A DNA stretch of 64,000 nucleotides. Source: Octopus vulgaris. Lineage: Eukaryota. This document shows positions 29,085-42,559 of the stretch, one piece after another. The stretch's first letter is position 1. Each line of letters opens with the position of its first letter. Where the stretch lies: the NCBI GenBank assembly GCA_951406725.2, contig OX597820.1, positions 122,822,001 through 122,886,000 of the forward strand. Reading direction: 5' to 3'. Below the pieces are notes generated by a model that saw only the letters and a list, made by a program, of their open reading frames with translations, was not told the DNA's origin and searched no databases. The position numbers and the translations under genes were made by a program.

Positions 29085-30254
29085 GAACATATATAGCCTG
29101 TATGTTTATACATACATTGATATGCCCACTTATGCAACCTTAATAGAACAAGCTCTGTGTAATTTTATCTGTATTTCTATCTCGTACATCCACCCCTTCC
29201 CCCTCTCTACCCCACTCTCACCCACAATATAGTTGTACTTTTTATTTTCTCAATATGCTATAATAATCAATAAATTTGCAAACTTTATAACGTTACAAAC
29301 TTTTAACTTAATTGATTACTGACACCTTGCCTTTCGCTCAGTTTTTTTCTCTTCTAATTTTTAAAGATTGTTTTATGATTTTTAAGACGGTTTTTGTTTG
29401 GTTTTTCTCGAGTTTCGTCTTCTTTTTCCGCACCCCCCTCACACACACGCACACACACGCATATGTGTCTGTGAGTAGTTATTTATTTACTTATTTATTC
29501 AGTCTATCGATCTCCACAGCTATTTCTTTATTTATAGTTGTTTATTTATACAATGAGTTTTCTTTTTATTTGGTTAGTCATCTATTTTAATTATTTCGTT
29601 TATTACTTCAGAATTTTTTTTTGTTTTATTTTATTTTATTTTATTTTGTTTTATACGTCTTGCCCTATAAGATGATTTTTAATGAGATTTTCTTTAAATA
29701 GGAAAAACCCTTCCTTCATCTTCTCACTCCATGTTATTTTAAGTATTTATCGATTCACTTCTTAGTTGTTAGGGTTATGTGCCTGTACACATCTACATAC
29801 GTACAAACACATACACACACACACACACACACACACGCACATATATGTGCATTGTAATTTTGTTCAAACATTTTGTAATATTTGTTATCAATTTATTTTT
29901 TTCAGAGATGGCGGCATGGGGGGGGAGGATGTTTTATGTTGTTGCTGTCAAGTTTGTTCTTGTCGATATTTTGACACCATCGTTAAAGGTGTTGTTTGTT
30001 TTTTTTTTTCTTTTTCAGTTCTTTTACGATGCTGCTGCTACTGATGCTGCTGCTGCTGCTGCCATTGTTGATGCCGTTGTTTCTGTTTATGAGCGAACCC
30101 ACCGGGGTTAACATCAAGTAGGATTTTGGCGTGGTTAATGAAAATTCTCAAAAATTGTAATAAAATTATTATAACTTTAGATGGAAATAAAATAGCATTT
30201 GAGTTTCTTCCCGAGTTCTGTTGCCAACATACTGTGCTTTCTTCCGACATCGGT

Positions 30255-30294
30255 TTATTCAATTCTCTCTGAAAGGTTACCGAGTGCACGGAGT
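30255..30294 (-). CDS. Candidate terminal exon start
   Basis: Long polypyrimidine tract and TTTCAG acceptor at 30295; unique sequence then a UTR-like tract. Frame unproven; phase 2 gives LRALGNLSERIE*. Confidence 0.35.
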
Positions 30295-32699
30295 CTGAAA
30301 TGAAGAAAGACGAAGTGAAAAACAGAGAGAGAGAAAGAGAGAGAAAGGAAAGAGGAACAGAGAGAGCAATATATATAATTTTATATATACATATATATAT
30401 ATCCGTATCTATCTTATATATGTAGATATACGAATGGACATATTTGTATATGTATATATGCATATATGCATATATGTGTATATGTATATGTGTATATATG
30501 CATACACACACGCACACACACACACACACACACACATATGGTGAGACAGAAAGACAGGGGTGTCATAAAAACCTTTAAAGTAAGGATATTATCAGATATG
30601 AATGCGTATTGATATGGTTCAGGAAAAACGAACTGTGATTTGTGGGGGGTAGATTTTAGAATGAAGAATCAAATTTGAAATAAGAAAATTATGGAAGTGC
30701 GAATTGTTGCAAGGATGGTAAAAGTATAACCTTGAGAGTAAGGAGGGTGAGAGAAGCGGTTTGGATCGAAGGCCGAAAAGGAACAACGAGTGACGTTAGT
30801 GGAAAATAGATGAGATGTGATCAAGAGAAACGAGTGAGAACGGGAGATAAATGTAAAAGGGAAAATAGAAAAGAAGATATGTGAGATTTTTCAGAATTAA
30901 AAAAAAAAGTAAAATATAAAAACAAAAGCAAAAGTGGGGGGAAATGTTCCCTGTTAATTTACGCGAAGTATTGTGAAGAATTTACTCTGCAATACAGAAT
31001 TTTCATAAATCACAGAGCTTGCTTTCAAGTCAATTTTCCAAAATTAGTGTTTACAGCGTTGCTCCTCCTTCGAAATATATTCAAAAAATTTGCTTCAATC
31101 GGAAAATAACCATAAATAAATAAGCAAATATTTTGCCCTTTCGGGTCCCGACTCAGTAACAAAGGATTGATCGAAAAGATTCTAGTTGTTCCATTGTTCT
31201 CAGAGAATCAAAATTTGTCAATAATCGAATCTCAGATGTTGGTGCAAACAATGAAATTTTTTTACATTTGCTGTTGTTGTTCTTGTTGTTGTAGTTGATG
31301 GTAGCGTAGCAATGATGATGATGTTAGTGCGGATGGTGCGGGAGTGGAGGTGGTGGTGATAGTTATAGTAGTTGTCGTCGTAATAATAATATTGGTGGTG
31401 TTAATGATAATGTTGGTGGTGTTAATGGAGTGGTGACATCTAGTGCTTCTTTTTAAGCATTCAACGTTTTAGAGTTTTAGTAATTCATAATTTCAGGATT
31501 AATAATATAATTTAGAATTTTGATTCTGTTTTTATTATTTTTTTTTTTTTGTGCTTTATTGTTTCAATTCATTCGATTCTTCATTTTATTTCATTATTTT
31601 CCATGATATTGTCATTTACTGATAGCAAGTTGTATATTAGAATGTTGGAGAAAGGCACCTCAAAGTGTCTTCATATTTAATTTCTTAATTGTAAACACAA
31701 CACCCTGATCGTGATTTCTTATTCCACATCTCTTGGGTTAAATATTATTTCCCTTTTATTACACTGCTTCTGGTGGTTTCCAATCTACGTACACCCTAAG
31801 TACACACACGCTAACACCTCCTCCATCGTCTCATATTCTCTCTTGATTTTACTCTTCAGTTCAATTTCTCACCAACATCGTTGTTGGCGATTGGCAATTT
31901 TCCTTTTATAGATTTCCATCGGCCATTCAGTGTTTATTCCTGAATTAAGTCCAACCGCAAACAGAAACGATCACGTTTCGTTTGTGAACTGCACCGAAAA
32001 TGTTGTCCTTAAATTACGCCATGTTGGTGCCCCTAAGTTTTTCAATAAGCAGATATATTTTTTCAACCTAGACTCTTATAAAACAACAAAATAAGTCTTT
32101 GATTCTTTAAGAATGGGCTCAAATTAAGTTTTATGGTTTCTGCTCCATAGTAACAACATTTTAATAAATTATCTTGATATTGTATTCCCGATTAGTTCTC
32201 ATATTCTTTAAAGAAAATTCCTCTTGCATGCAGATTAAGATTAGAATATTTTCATATTGGTTTTCTAAATATAAATATTTCAGATTGATTTGTGTATCTA
32301 ATGCTTTTACGCTCTGTATCTATGTCTATGTTTTCTAAGTGATATCTTAGCCTAACTCTATATACTTTCTGATTGAATTTAATATTAACTAAGTAAAACG
32401 GTTCGTTTTTGCCACACTTTTTGTATGTATGTATATATGTATGTATCTATGTCAGTGTATGTACGTACGTATGCACGTATGTATGTGTGTATGTATGTAT
32501 GTATGTATCTATCTATCTATCTGCCTACCTACATATATATAGAAGTTCCCAAACTCCTCACCAGTTACTGGCTCGCAGTCTTTCTTGGAAATGGTACAGA
32601 GGATTGAAAGGTAGTTGACCTGGCTACATCGGACATTGAATTTGAGAAACGTGTACCGGTACTCAAGACCCCTTCAAACAACAAAAGATCATCCAGGGT

Positions 32700-34085
32700 G
32701 GCCACCTCCGACACCTTATGTGTCGTACTAATATTCCTGCTGAACATTAGGGACTTTGTAACGTCCCACCAACGCAAAGCCCCATACCTGAGAAACTTAG
32801 TCACATGTAATTAAGCAATATGCATGACGCTAACAGGAACACATCTGAACACTGACATACCAGATGCTGAGATACACATGGCAAAGTATGTTGTATTTTG
32901 AAGTGACATGAGAGAAAAGACTCGTGATGGAGTTGCAATATACTTCTGGGAAGATCCCACGCCTGTAGTCCGGCTGTCACACTCAAACTCAGTCTGTGAC
33001 ACACTGGTGGTAGACATTAGACTGATGAAAATGGTAATATACACTACATATCGCCCACCAAATGTTTCAAATCATGAGAACCCATTCGAAGAGAGCTTCA
33101 AGAAGATGGATGAAGTGCTAACCAATGTTGATGACAACCTTCATACATACTTCGTTTAGGAGACTTCAACCTCCCTAATATGGAATGTTTGCCTTCTCTC
33201 AGGTATGTCACTGCATGAAGAGAGGGAAGCAGAGTCTCTGTTCGACCTCGCAAACATTCTCTTTAAAGAGTACATAGTGTTCCACCCAACAAGGGGGGGG
33301 GGGAATGTCATGAGCCTCTGCTTCACGAATAACGCGACGATCCTCCATAATGTGAAGGTGACACCGACGATTCTCTCAGACAATAACTTAATAGACCTAA
33401 CAATGTATAGTCTGTTGAAAACTTTAGACATGCATGCTACAAGAATCATCCTGTCCTGTCCAACCTGAGCTTCTATAAAGCTGATTGGAAGGGAATTGAG
33501 AAAGAGGTCACGAAACAAAACTGGTCTGCCAGTCTCTCTACGCAAGATAATGACATAAAACTGCAGCATAAAATATGCAGTACGTTTACTCCAGAAAGAA
33601 TGTCAAACCAACATAAAAACGTAATTCCTAGGGATAGGATGATTCTTCTAATGATACGGCGAGCAAAAATCTGAAACCGCCGAAATGGGCCGCTAAAAGA
33701 ATAGAAGAGCATTCTATCTCAAACAAACATTGCTTGAGATCGAAAAGGAACTCAAGCAATCCCAAGAAAAGGAGATGGCAGAGAACGAAGCCAGGGCTGT
33801 CAAAAGTATAAGGACAAACCACGAAGTCTTCTATAGATTTGTAAAAGGGTCTGCTTCAGTATTTTATAAGAGAGTCACTGCTCGAGGAAAATGGTCTCAG
33901 AGCGCAGATCCCCAAAAGATAAGAGAAATACTGAATGTACAATACAGGAATGTTCGCACAACTCCGTTGTGACACTTGCAGATAGCTATGTCGGATGACT
34001 TCTTCGGTACCACAGCTCTTTACAGAAACGGAAATTATTGATTACAGCAAAACAGAGGAAACTGATGTAATATCAGCCACAGATG
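32700..34085 (+). mobile_element. Decayed CR1-like LINE, APE endonuclease and linker
   Basis: LLNIRD, THLNTDIPDAEI, DGVAIY, YTTYRPPN, GDFNLP, HPTRGGGNVMSLCFTNN and ILSDNNLI are APE motifs; stops and frameshifts present. Confidence 0.85.
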
Positions 34086-34339
34086 AAATGAGTTCAAACT
34101 CAGCAATAGGCCATGATAGAATCCATGATAGATCCGTTCGTTCATAGTTCTGATGCTTAAAGGTCTTTTAGCTTCCGCCAATCGACCAGGTTTAACATAT
34201 TGATCTTTGCCGTCAGTCACATCTCTCCCATCGGGGTTTGAAGTGGGAAAGTGCCGGATAAATCTTGGCGGGCATCGACAACACGTTGTAGATGAGGGCT
34301 TGAACCCTGGTGCAGTTAGTAAACTTTGTCAGTTTGTTC

Positions 34340-35105
34340 TTTCAATAGCTTCATACTGACGGGGGTCGCAGTAACTATCGCAGACCTGGAATTCGCAGAT
34401 GATATAGCGTTCATATGTGATGAAAAAGATCAAGCACAACAGCGGCTCATAAGAGCAGAAACATGAGCGGCTAAAATAGGACTGCACACAAATGTGAAGA
34501 AAACTGAATACATGTTTTTCAGCCAATCAAGTGATACTGAACTCTTTGCTTTGAGATGTTCCAAACTAAATGCTGTTGAAAACACCAAGTACTTAGGGAG
34601 TTGGGTGAGCAGTTCAGAAGTAGACATCAAAATCAGTAAGGCACATGTAATGACAGCCAGCCACAAATTAAAGAAAGGCTGGAACTTCCAATTGCCCAGG
34701 CGAATCAAAATCAAGCTGTTCACTGTAACTCTCGAATCACTGCTATTATATGGCAGTGAAAAATGGAGACTGAAAAAACATTATCAAAAGATGGCTGCTA
34801 GACAAGGGAGTTACGAATGATTCAAAATGTAAAATAGCAGCAACATATCGCAAAACGATTGCCTTTATGGAGACCTGCAGAAAATTAGCGAGACCAGGCA
34901 AAGACGACTGCGACTATCTGGTCGCTGTGTGCCTCACCCTGAAAGAGAAGCATCCACAACAATCTTGTGGAACTTACCTCGTAGGGATGTAACGAGAGGA
35001 AAACGTTGATCGCAGAAACTGGCTTAGAAGGAACCGAAGGCTTCGAGGCAGTGATGTTGAACCAAGAAGTGTGACAAGTAGACTTAGTTGCTGCAGCTCG
35101 GACAT
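34340..35105 (+). mobile_element. RTE-like LINE 3' fragment
   Basis: DLEFADDIAFI..AAKIGLHTNVKKTEYM..KYLGSWV..IKIKLFTVTLESLLLYGSEKW. Confidence 0.88.
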
Positions 35106-35473
35106 GATAAATAGTAGTTATGCCTTTTTATTACATATATATGCACACATATATACATACATGTGTATATGTATGTATGTATGTATGTATGTATCTATCT
35201 ATCTCTCTATCTCTCTATATCTATATCTATTTACCTGTCTATCTATATATCTATCTATTAGGCTATCTATCTATATATATAAGCATATATATACATATAT
35301 ATGTATGTATATTTATATATGTATGTATATGTATATTTATAAATATATATATATATATATACATATATGCATGTATATATACATATAAATATATATATAC
35401 ATATGTATATATATACATATGTATACATGTATATATATATATATGTTATTCGAGTAGAGAGCGTAACGTCGAT

Positions 35474-35692
35474 CGTGTTGGGAGGGTCAAAAAAGTAGTG
35501 TATATATTTATGAAAGGAAGCTTTTCGATTAGTAGTCAGTGTGACACATGCCTTAAACTTGACTACTGATGTATTTTAGAAATGACTAAAAAAAAAGAAA
35601 ATTACTCTTTTAAGAAACACTTACACATATCTTAATTCTAGTTGTAGAAATAAAGTTAGTGTTTAAGTTGTGAGCAATGAAAGCCAAACATT
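35474..35692 (+). repeat. 218-bp near-identical direct repeat, second copy at 37664-37881
   Basis: CGTGTTGGGA..AAGCCAAACATT present twice with few mismatches. Confidence 0.95.
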
Positions 35693-35887
35693 TATATAGA
35701 TAAAAACGCTGAGATAACAAAAGAAAGAAAGAGACCTCAATATTATGTAAATAGAGGAAATTTATCTATAAATCACAACACCAGATAACCGAGGAGATGG
35801 TGTTGTGGATTTCCACTTCGGCATCTGAAACTCAGAGTTTTATCTTGACTATTGAGTAAAGTAACATATTATTTTATAGATATTTAT

Positions 35888-35923
<36 letters not shown>

Positions 35924-36892
35924 TGTAATAGATAAAATATATGCATACATACAAACATATATGTACGTACCTACATCTACATGCATATATACATGCATAT
36001 ATAAATATATATACGTGAGTACAGGACACCACAACTAGACGTAGAACTCAACGAGAAACGAAAAAGGAAAAACCATTTTTTTAGAACAGAAAACCAGAGT
36101 ACAGGACATACTACACAAGGAAAAATTACCTATCATCAGCTGTCACTAGTTCGACTCTAGCGTGTTTCGTAGGCAAGACAGGACACGACTCGCCAAACAA
36201 GTCCTTCCTGCGAGAGAATTAAAATAAAATTACCTCGCAGAGGGGTAAACACAAGCAAGAAAAAAATGTAACAAAAAGGACGTAAAAACGATACAAATAA
36301 AACTACAAAATAAAATACAAGATAAAATACATGTACAAGAAAATACAATACGAGAAATAAAAATAAACAAGAAAACAAACGAAAAGGCCTTTTTTTCTGG
36401 CTTAGACGAGGAGATTCTAGCAGCGCATGGGAACACAGATGTGTGTCTTTACAGTTTGAAAGCCGCGTGTAAAAGGAAGTAGTTTTGGCTAGCAGTGACA
36501 AAGATGAGGAGGAGTGAGAGAGAGAGAAAGATAGAGGAAGACAAGCGGCTGAGAGAGAGATGAGGAAGAGTGAGAGAGAGAGAGAGAGAGAGGGGAAGGT
36601 AAAGCAAAGAGAAGAGAATTTCGCGTCATAATTATAGATAGATACACACACACACACATAGGTATTTTAAGATTTCTCTTAGGCATAGTGATACTAATAA
36701 CCTGATGGTGTAACTTAAGACATGTAAATTTGGGAGTAAAGTGTTATTCGTAATGTTAAATTACGTGAATGACAAGGAAACAGGAATTGCGTAATCAGCC
36801 TCATTAGTTTACAGCTGTTACTTCTATGACATGCAGAGCACTCGGAGCATTATGAAATTTTATTGTTTAGCCATTTAACGGCATTATTGCTT

Positions 36893-37428
36893 ACCAGACA
36901 GTGGCTCTCATAGCTTCTGATCTTTGCTGATTGGAAGTGTTATCATGTACATTGTTTTGTCTTGGTATAAAAGATGGGCTACAGCAAATATTCTGCTCAA
37001 TATCAGAGATTTGCTTGTCAGTTGTTTGACCTTAACCAGTTGAGTATATTCCTTAGTGGCTGACGATATGTGCATCTCTGATATCTAGTAGAAGTAGTAG
37101 GGAGCATCATAGCCGTGTGCTCAAAGGAATTCTTGGATGTTTGAATAATTCACCTTTGGAAAAATGGGTGGTTCTTTCAACATCCTTAATCAATCCTTAT
37201 TCAGGGATCTTTTGAGAGGGATGGGCTACTCGACCAGAAGAAAACTCTAACTAGGTCCCACCTGCAAGGTCATGTGCTGTTTATCTTGATATGAGATCAC
37301 CATGTCGCACACATTTGGTTGTGATGCATGTGCCTGGTGTACCCTTATCAGACGGGTAGTCATGATGTGTATACTGGGCTTCGTATATTTTACCCCAGTG
37401 TCACTTGGCATGCACTGCTCGCTCATTA

Positions 37429-37510
<82 letters not shown>

Positions 37511-37512
37511 GT
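36893..37512 (+). mobile_element. (AAT)n-tailed retroposon, family D
   Basis: Ends GCATGCACTGCTCGCTCATT(AAT)n. 5'-truncated copies lie on the minus strand at 42972-43362 and 44950-45464. Confidence 0.8.
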
Positions 37513-38323
37513 AATATCTATATGAATATTCATTTGAATATCTACTCATTTATATATACATAATTATTACTTATACGATATTTTTTTCTGTTGGCTACTT
37601 GATATGATCATTATTCTAAATAATGGGCTTATCCTTTATATATATATATATATATAAAACTTGCGTGTTGGGAAGGTCAAAAAAGTAGTGTATATATTTA
37701 TGAAAGGAAGCTTTTCGATTAGTAGTCAGTGTGACACATGCCTTAAACTTGACTACTGATATATTTGAGAAATAACTAAAAAAAAGAAAATTACTCTTTT
37801 AAGAAACAATTACACATATCTTAATTCTAGTTGTAGAAATAAAGTTAGTGTTTAAGTTGTGAGCAATGAAAGCCAAACATTCAAAAGATAATGCTGAAAG
37901 CAAAGAACTAAACGACGAAAGGAAACAATAGAAAGAGGCAATAAAGATGGTTGTGGACTCCCATCTCTGCCCCAAACACGAGTTTTAATGCTGAGCTATT
38001 TAGTTGTCCGTCTCATTTTACAGTTTATTCTTTGATAACTTAATTGGATTTCACTTGAATCTTTATGTATTGCCATCGAAAATATTTCCTTTTATGGAAA
38101 TGAATAGAGAGAAGAAGAAAGATGACAGAGCGATACACGAGAGGGGGAAGAGAGAAGAGCAAAGATAAGCGAACGATACATGAGAAAGAATTGCAACGAC
38201 GAATAATTTTTGCCACGTATTTTAATTAACTTAAATTTTGAAAGTTAATTTGATTCCGCAATTTTTTCAGACTAAATAATAAACGTTCTTCAATATATGT
38301 GTAATACTTTCCGTTTTTATATA

Positions 38324-38612
<289 letters not shown>

Positions 38613-38938
38613 CTAATGTGTGGGTTTCCTTGCAAGTGCTAGCTTTTAGACTCTAAACATTTCTCTTAACCAACAAAAATAGGTAACTAAATAAAATAAA
38701 CTAAATTTTTATAGACTGATACATTTAAATAATCACACATCAGTACAAATTATTTCATGGGAATTTACATTTAACCTACGCAGTTTTTAAATGTAACATG
38801 CATAATACATAAACACACACACAGCCACATGCATGTATACATATGTATGCACATATACATATACATACGTGTATATATATATATATAAGTATATGTATGT
38901 ATATATATACTTATACATACACATACATGTATATACAT

Positions 38939-38996
<58 letters not shown>

Positions 38997-39004
38997 TATA
39001 TAAG

Positions 39005-39082
<78 letters not shown>

Positions 39083-39628
39083 GGATGATGGCGGCAAAAC
39101 TAACAGAATACTATGAGCAGCAGCGATAAGAAAACACCAGCAAAACAGAAACAATAAAATAATACAATGTATATTATTGAGTTGCTGCTTTTAAGTTTCT
39201 GCAGAATTCGTGACCTGCCCTCGTGTTGTGGAATTACATGGCTGTTGGTTCAAAACAAAAGCGAAACAACGCTTAGATGAAGGAAAAATGAAAGAGAATT
39301 TCATGTTTCGCACAAAAATATTATAAACGATACAAGAAGATATAAAAAAGAAAGAAAAGATTACGATGTAAAAACGGAGAACACCGTTCATGCTTTCGAT
39401 GGTATTTCACTCGGTTTGTGTGGAAGATATCGTGATAAGAAGACTGGATAATTGTTGGCGGGGGCGGCTTTTTGAACACACGCATTTTCGTAACTACAAC
39501 CAACCTGTAAATATATCTGCCATTGCTGGGTGAACCCGAAAACGATTTGGTAGTTACAAAACTATTCTATATTCACAAAACACATACTTGCACAAGCACT
39601 CGCAGAAAAAAAGTGAAGCCGTAAAATA

Positions 39629-39679
<51 letters not shown>

Positions 39680-39856
39680 ATGATGTATATATATATATAT
39701 ATAAATGTGTATATAAATATATACATATATGACCATGGATGTATACTCATGTATGTATATTCATATGATGCATATATGCATGCATACTCCTCACAAAACT
39801 CTATACGTACACCTTCGACATTAAATGTTCATTGCATTTACACACACAGACACATA

Positions 39857-39892
<36 letters not shown>

Positions 39893-39935
39893 TATATGTA
39901 TGTATAGGCACTTATGAAAATGTCTATCTGTGCAC

Positions 39936-40034
<99 letters not shown>

Positions 40035-40269
40035 AGTATAAGAGAGGGTCCACTATGTGGACGCTCTTGCGCTAAGAATAGATCCGCATTGGTCTCAACC
40101 ACCAAGAATTGTTCCCAAGGAGGATTAGCACAACTATGAGCGTAAACGAGCAGGACAAATGAAAAATAACAAAAATGTAGATTAATTCTAGACAATTGTT
40201 TCACTGTTAATGGATTATGCAATGTTGCTTACATAATAGATCCACAGCTCAACAGTAGAATTCGTCATG

Positions 40270-41056
40270 AATATAATTTATTGAACCGCACGCCAGGGAG
40301 AGTTGAAGATTCAGGTCAAGGTATTAGTGAAAAAGGTTGGCGAAAGTCGTGGATGATATCGTTGGGGCGGCGCAAACCTGCGTCATCCCCAGCAGGTCTA
40401 TAAACGATAATCTCCACCTTATACACTATACCTTAGAAAGGATAGATAGGATTCATGGCAAGGGAAAGTCGTTGGTCCCTTTAGACCAATCCAAGGCCTT
40501 TGATAGGGTAGATTCTCGGTATCTGGCGGCGGTCCTCGAGGCAGCTGGTTTTGGCCCGACATTCCGCTGCTGGATCAACGCTTCATATTGCAATATTAAG
40601 TCGGTAGTTCGAGTGAACACTTTCTTTTCGGAGCCGTTCAATATCGAATGCTCGGGTCGTCAAAGTTGTCCACTCTCGCCTCTACTGTATGTATTGGCTC
40701 TTGAGCCACTGCTGCGAAGACTGAGAGGCGACGAGCGGAGACCCGCAAGATTTAGGGTATGGAAAATCAGTAACAGCGTATGCGGACGATGTCACTGTCA
40801 TCGTATCCATGGACCAGGACGTACAGAGGGTAGTTGAGGCCCTAAAGAATCCTGAATCGGTGGCAGGAGCAAGAATTAACCGAGATAAGTCGGTCGGCTG
40901 ACAGCTCGGCATCTGGAGAGGCAAGGCGATGCCGTCCAACAACGTCGTCGGACGGTCCGGTGAAAATGCTTTGAGTGTGGTTTCGTCCAGACCTCCAGAT
41001 AGAAAAGAATTGGAACGAGGTTACAGGCAGGGTGGCGTCCATAACTCAGACCAGGT
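40270..41056 (+). mobile_element. Tx1/L1-clade LINE RT fragment
   Basis: AQTCVIPSRSINDNLHLI..LDQSKAFDRVD..RQSCPLSPLLYVLALEPLL, then AYADDVTV after a frameshift. Confidence 0.9.
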
Positions 41057-42559
41057 CGAAGTACGAAGTAAACGGTTCAACACAGGAATGTGATTGGTGG
41101 GATCAAACTCATTCCGCATCCAATCAGTCTTTCATGTTCATCCGAAATTTTAATGTATTTATCCAGTATATGTAATCTCATCCAATAAGTCCCCAACACC
41201 TATTTGTCACGTGTATCGTCCTCTCTTTATTTAACCCTTGTGGTTTGAATAAAGCCGTCGCGCTAGTTCCACAGTTCGTATGTTGACAGTTCAAAGCTGG
41301 AGTTCAAAGTTCACAGTTCGAGTTACCGTGTTGGAGTGTTGGCTCTTAAAATATTGTTGTTACGTTACGCGTGGTTACTGCCGTCTGTTCTCCTTATATT
41401 GTTATTACACTGTTGCAGAGGTTTCGTTTATCCACAAGCATATCAGAGCATGAAAGAAACGATTCTATCCCAGGATATCAGGAAAATATATCCATTAGAA
41501 AGCTAGCTTATCCCAGCATACAACAGCAGCATCCGCATGTCTTCACAATAATTCTCTTATCTCAGCTGCCCAAAACGGTACTGGTGTTATAATAGCATTT
41601 GAAAATATTTACAGGGATTTTGACAACAAAAAATTGAATAATCCGCCAAAAGTTGTCACAATTATTTCTAAATGGTGCAGTGAATATTAAAGGTGGATAA
41701 GTTTTTAAAATGATGTACGAATCCTTTGTAACGACTTATCCCTACAAATGGTTCGATCATTTTCAAAATGTATTGTACTTCTCACCGGAGTATTGCTTTC
41801 GATGAACTTTTTACTTCTTCATAAATAACCAAGCTCATACTTCTTGAAAATCAGTAAGCTTTCCATCTGTTCGTTTCAAGAATCTCAAAAGTGTAAGAAT
41901 ATCGTTGTTATCGAATAAGCTTGTTTCTTCAGATTGTATGGGGAATTTCTGTGATTGAACAGTATTGACTGATACCTTTCAGATCGATGTTCCGGAAACA
42001 GTAGATTTATTTGAAAAAAGACTAATTTCGATATCTGGTAGATTTATACAATTACCGATAATGTTTTTGGCAAATTACATGAAGAATTCATTTGTACAGA
42101 ATATTCGTTCCTTTTGAGTTGGTATGGTAACATTTCAATGAGATTTGGTTGCTAATTCTAACAGGTTGGTGAACACTTAGAAGCATTTCTTTAATAAATT
42201 ATAAACATTTCAAACTGTTTGCATTCCATATAGTTTATCTATATTTCAGTTAATGGCATCCATAACGTAATTACCATTAGTTCGAAGAAGATAATGGCTT
42301 TCTAACAACTACATACATACATACATACATACATACATACATACATACATACATACATACATACACAGAAATACATGCGAGTGTTTGCCCTGCAATAATC
42401 GTTGCGTGGAGTTGACACGAGTTAGAATACTTGTATGAAAATGCATTAATTATTTATGAACACTAATATCTTTGATTTCGACATATTTGTATACTTTAAA
42501 ATGTATGCGCTTTCAGAGTCTTGTATACTGATCCTTCAAATACTACGGTATCCTTAGGT

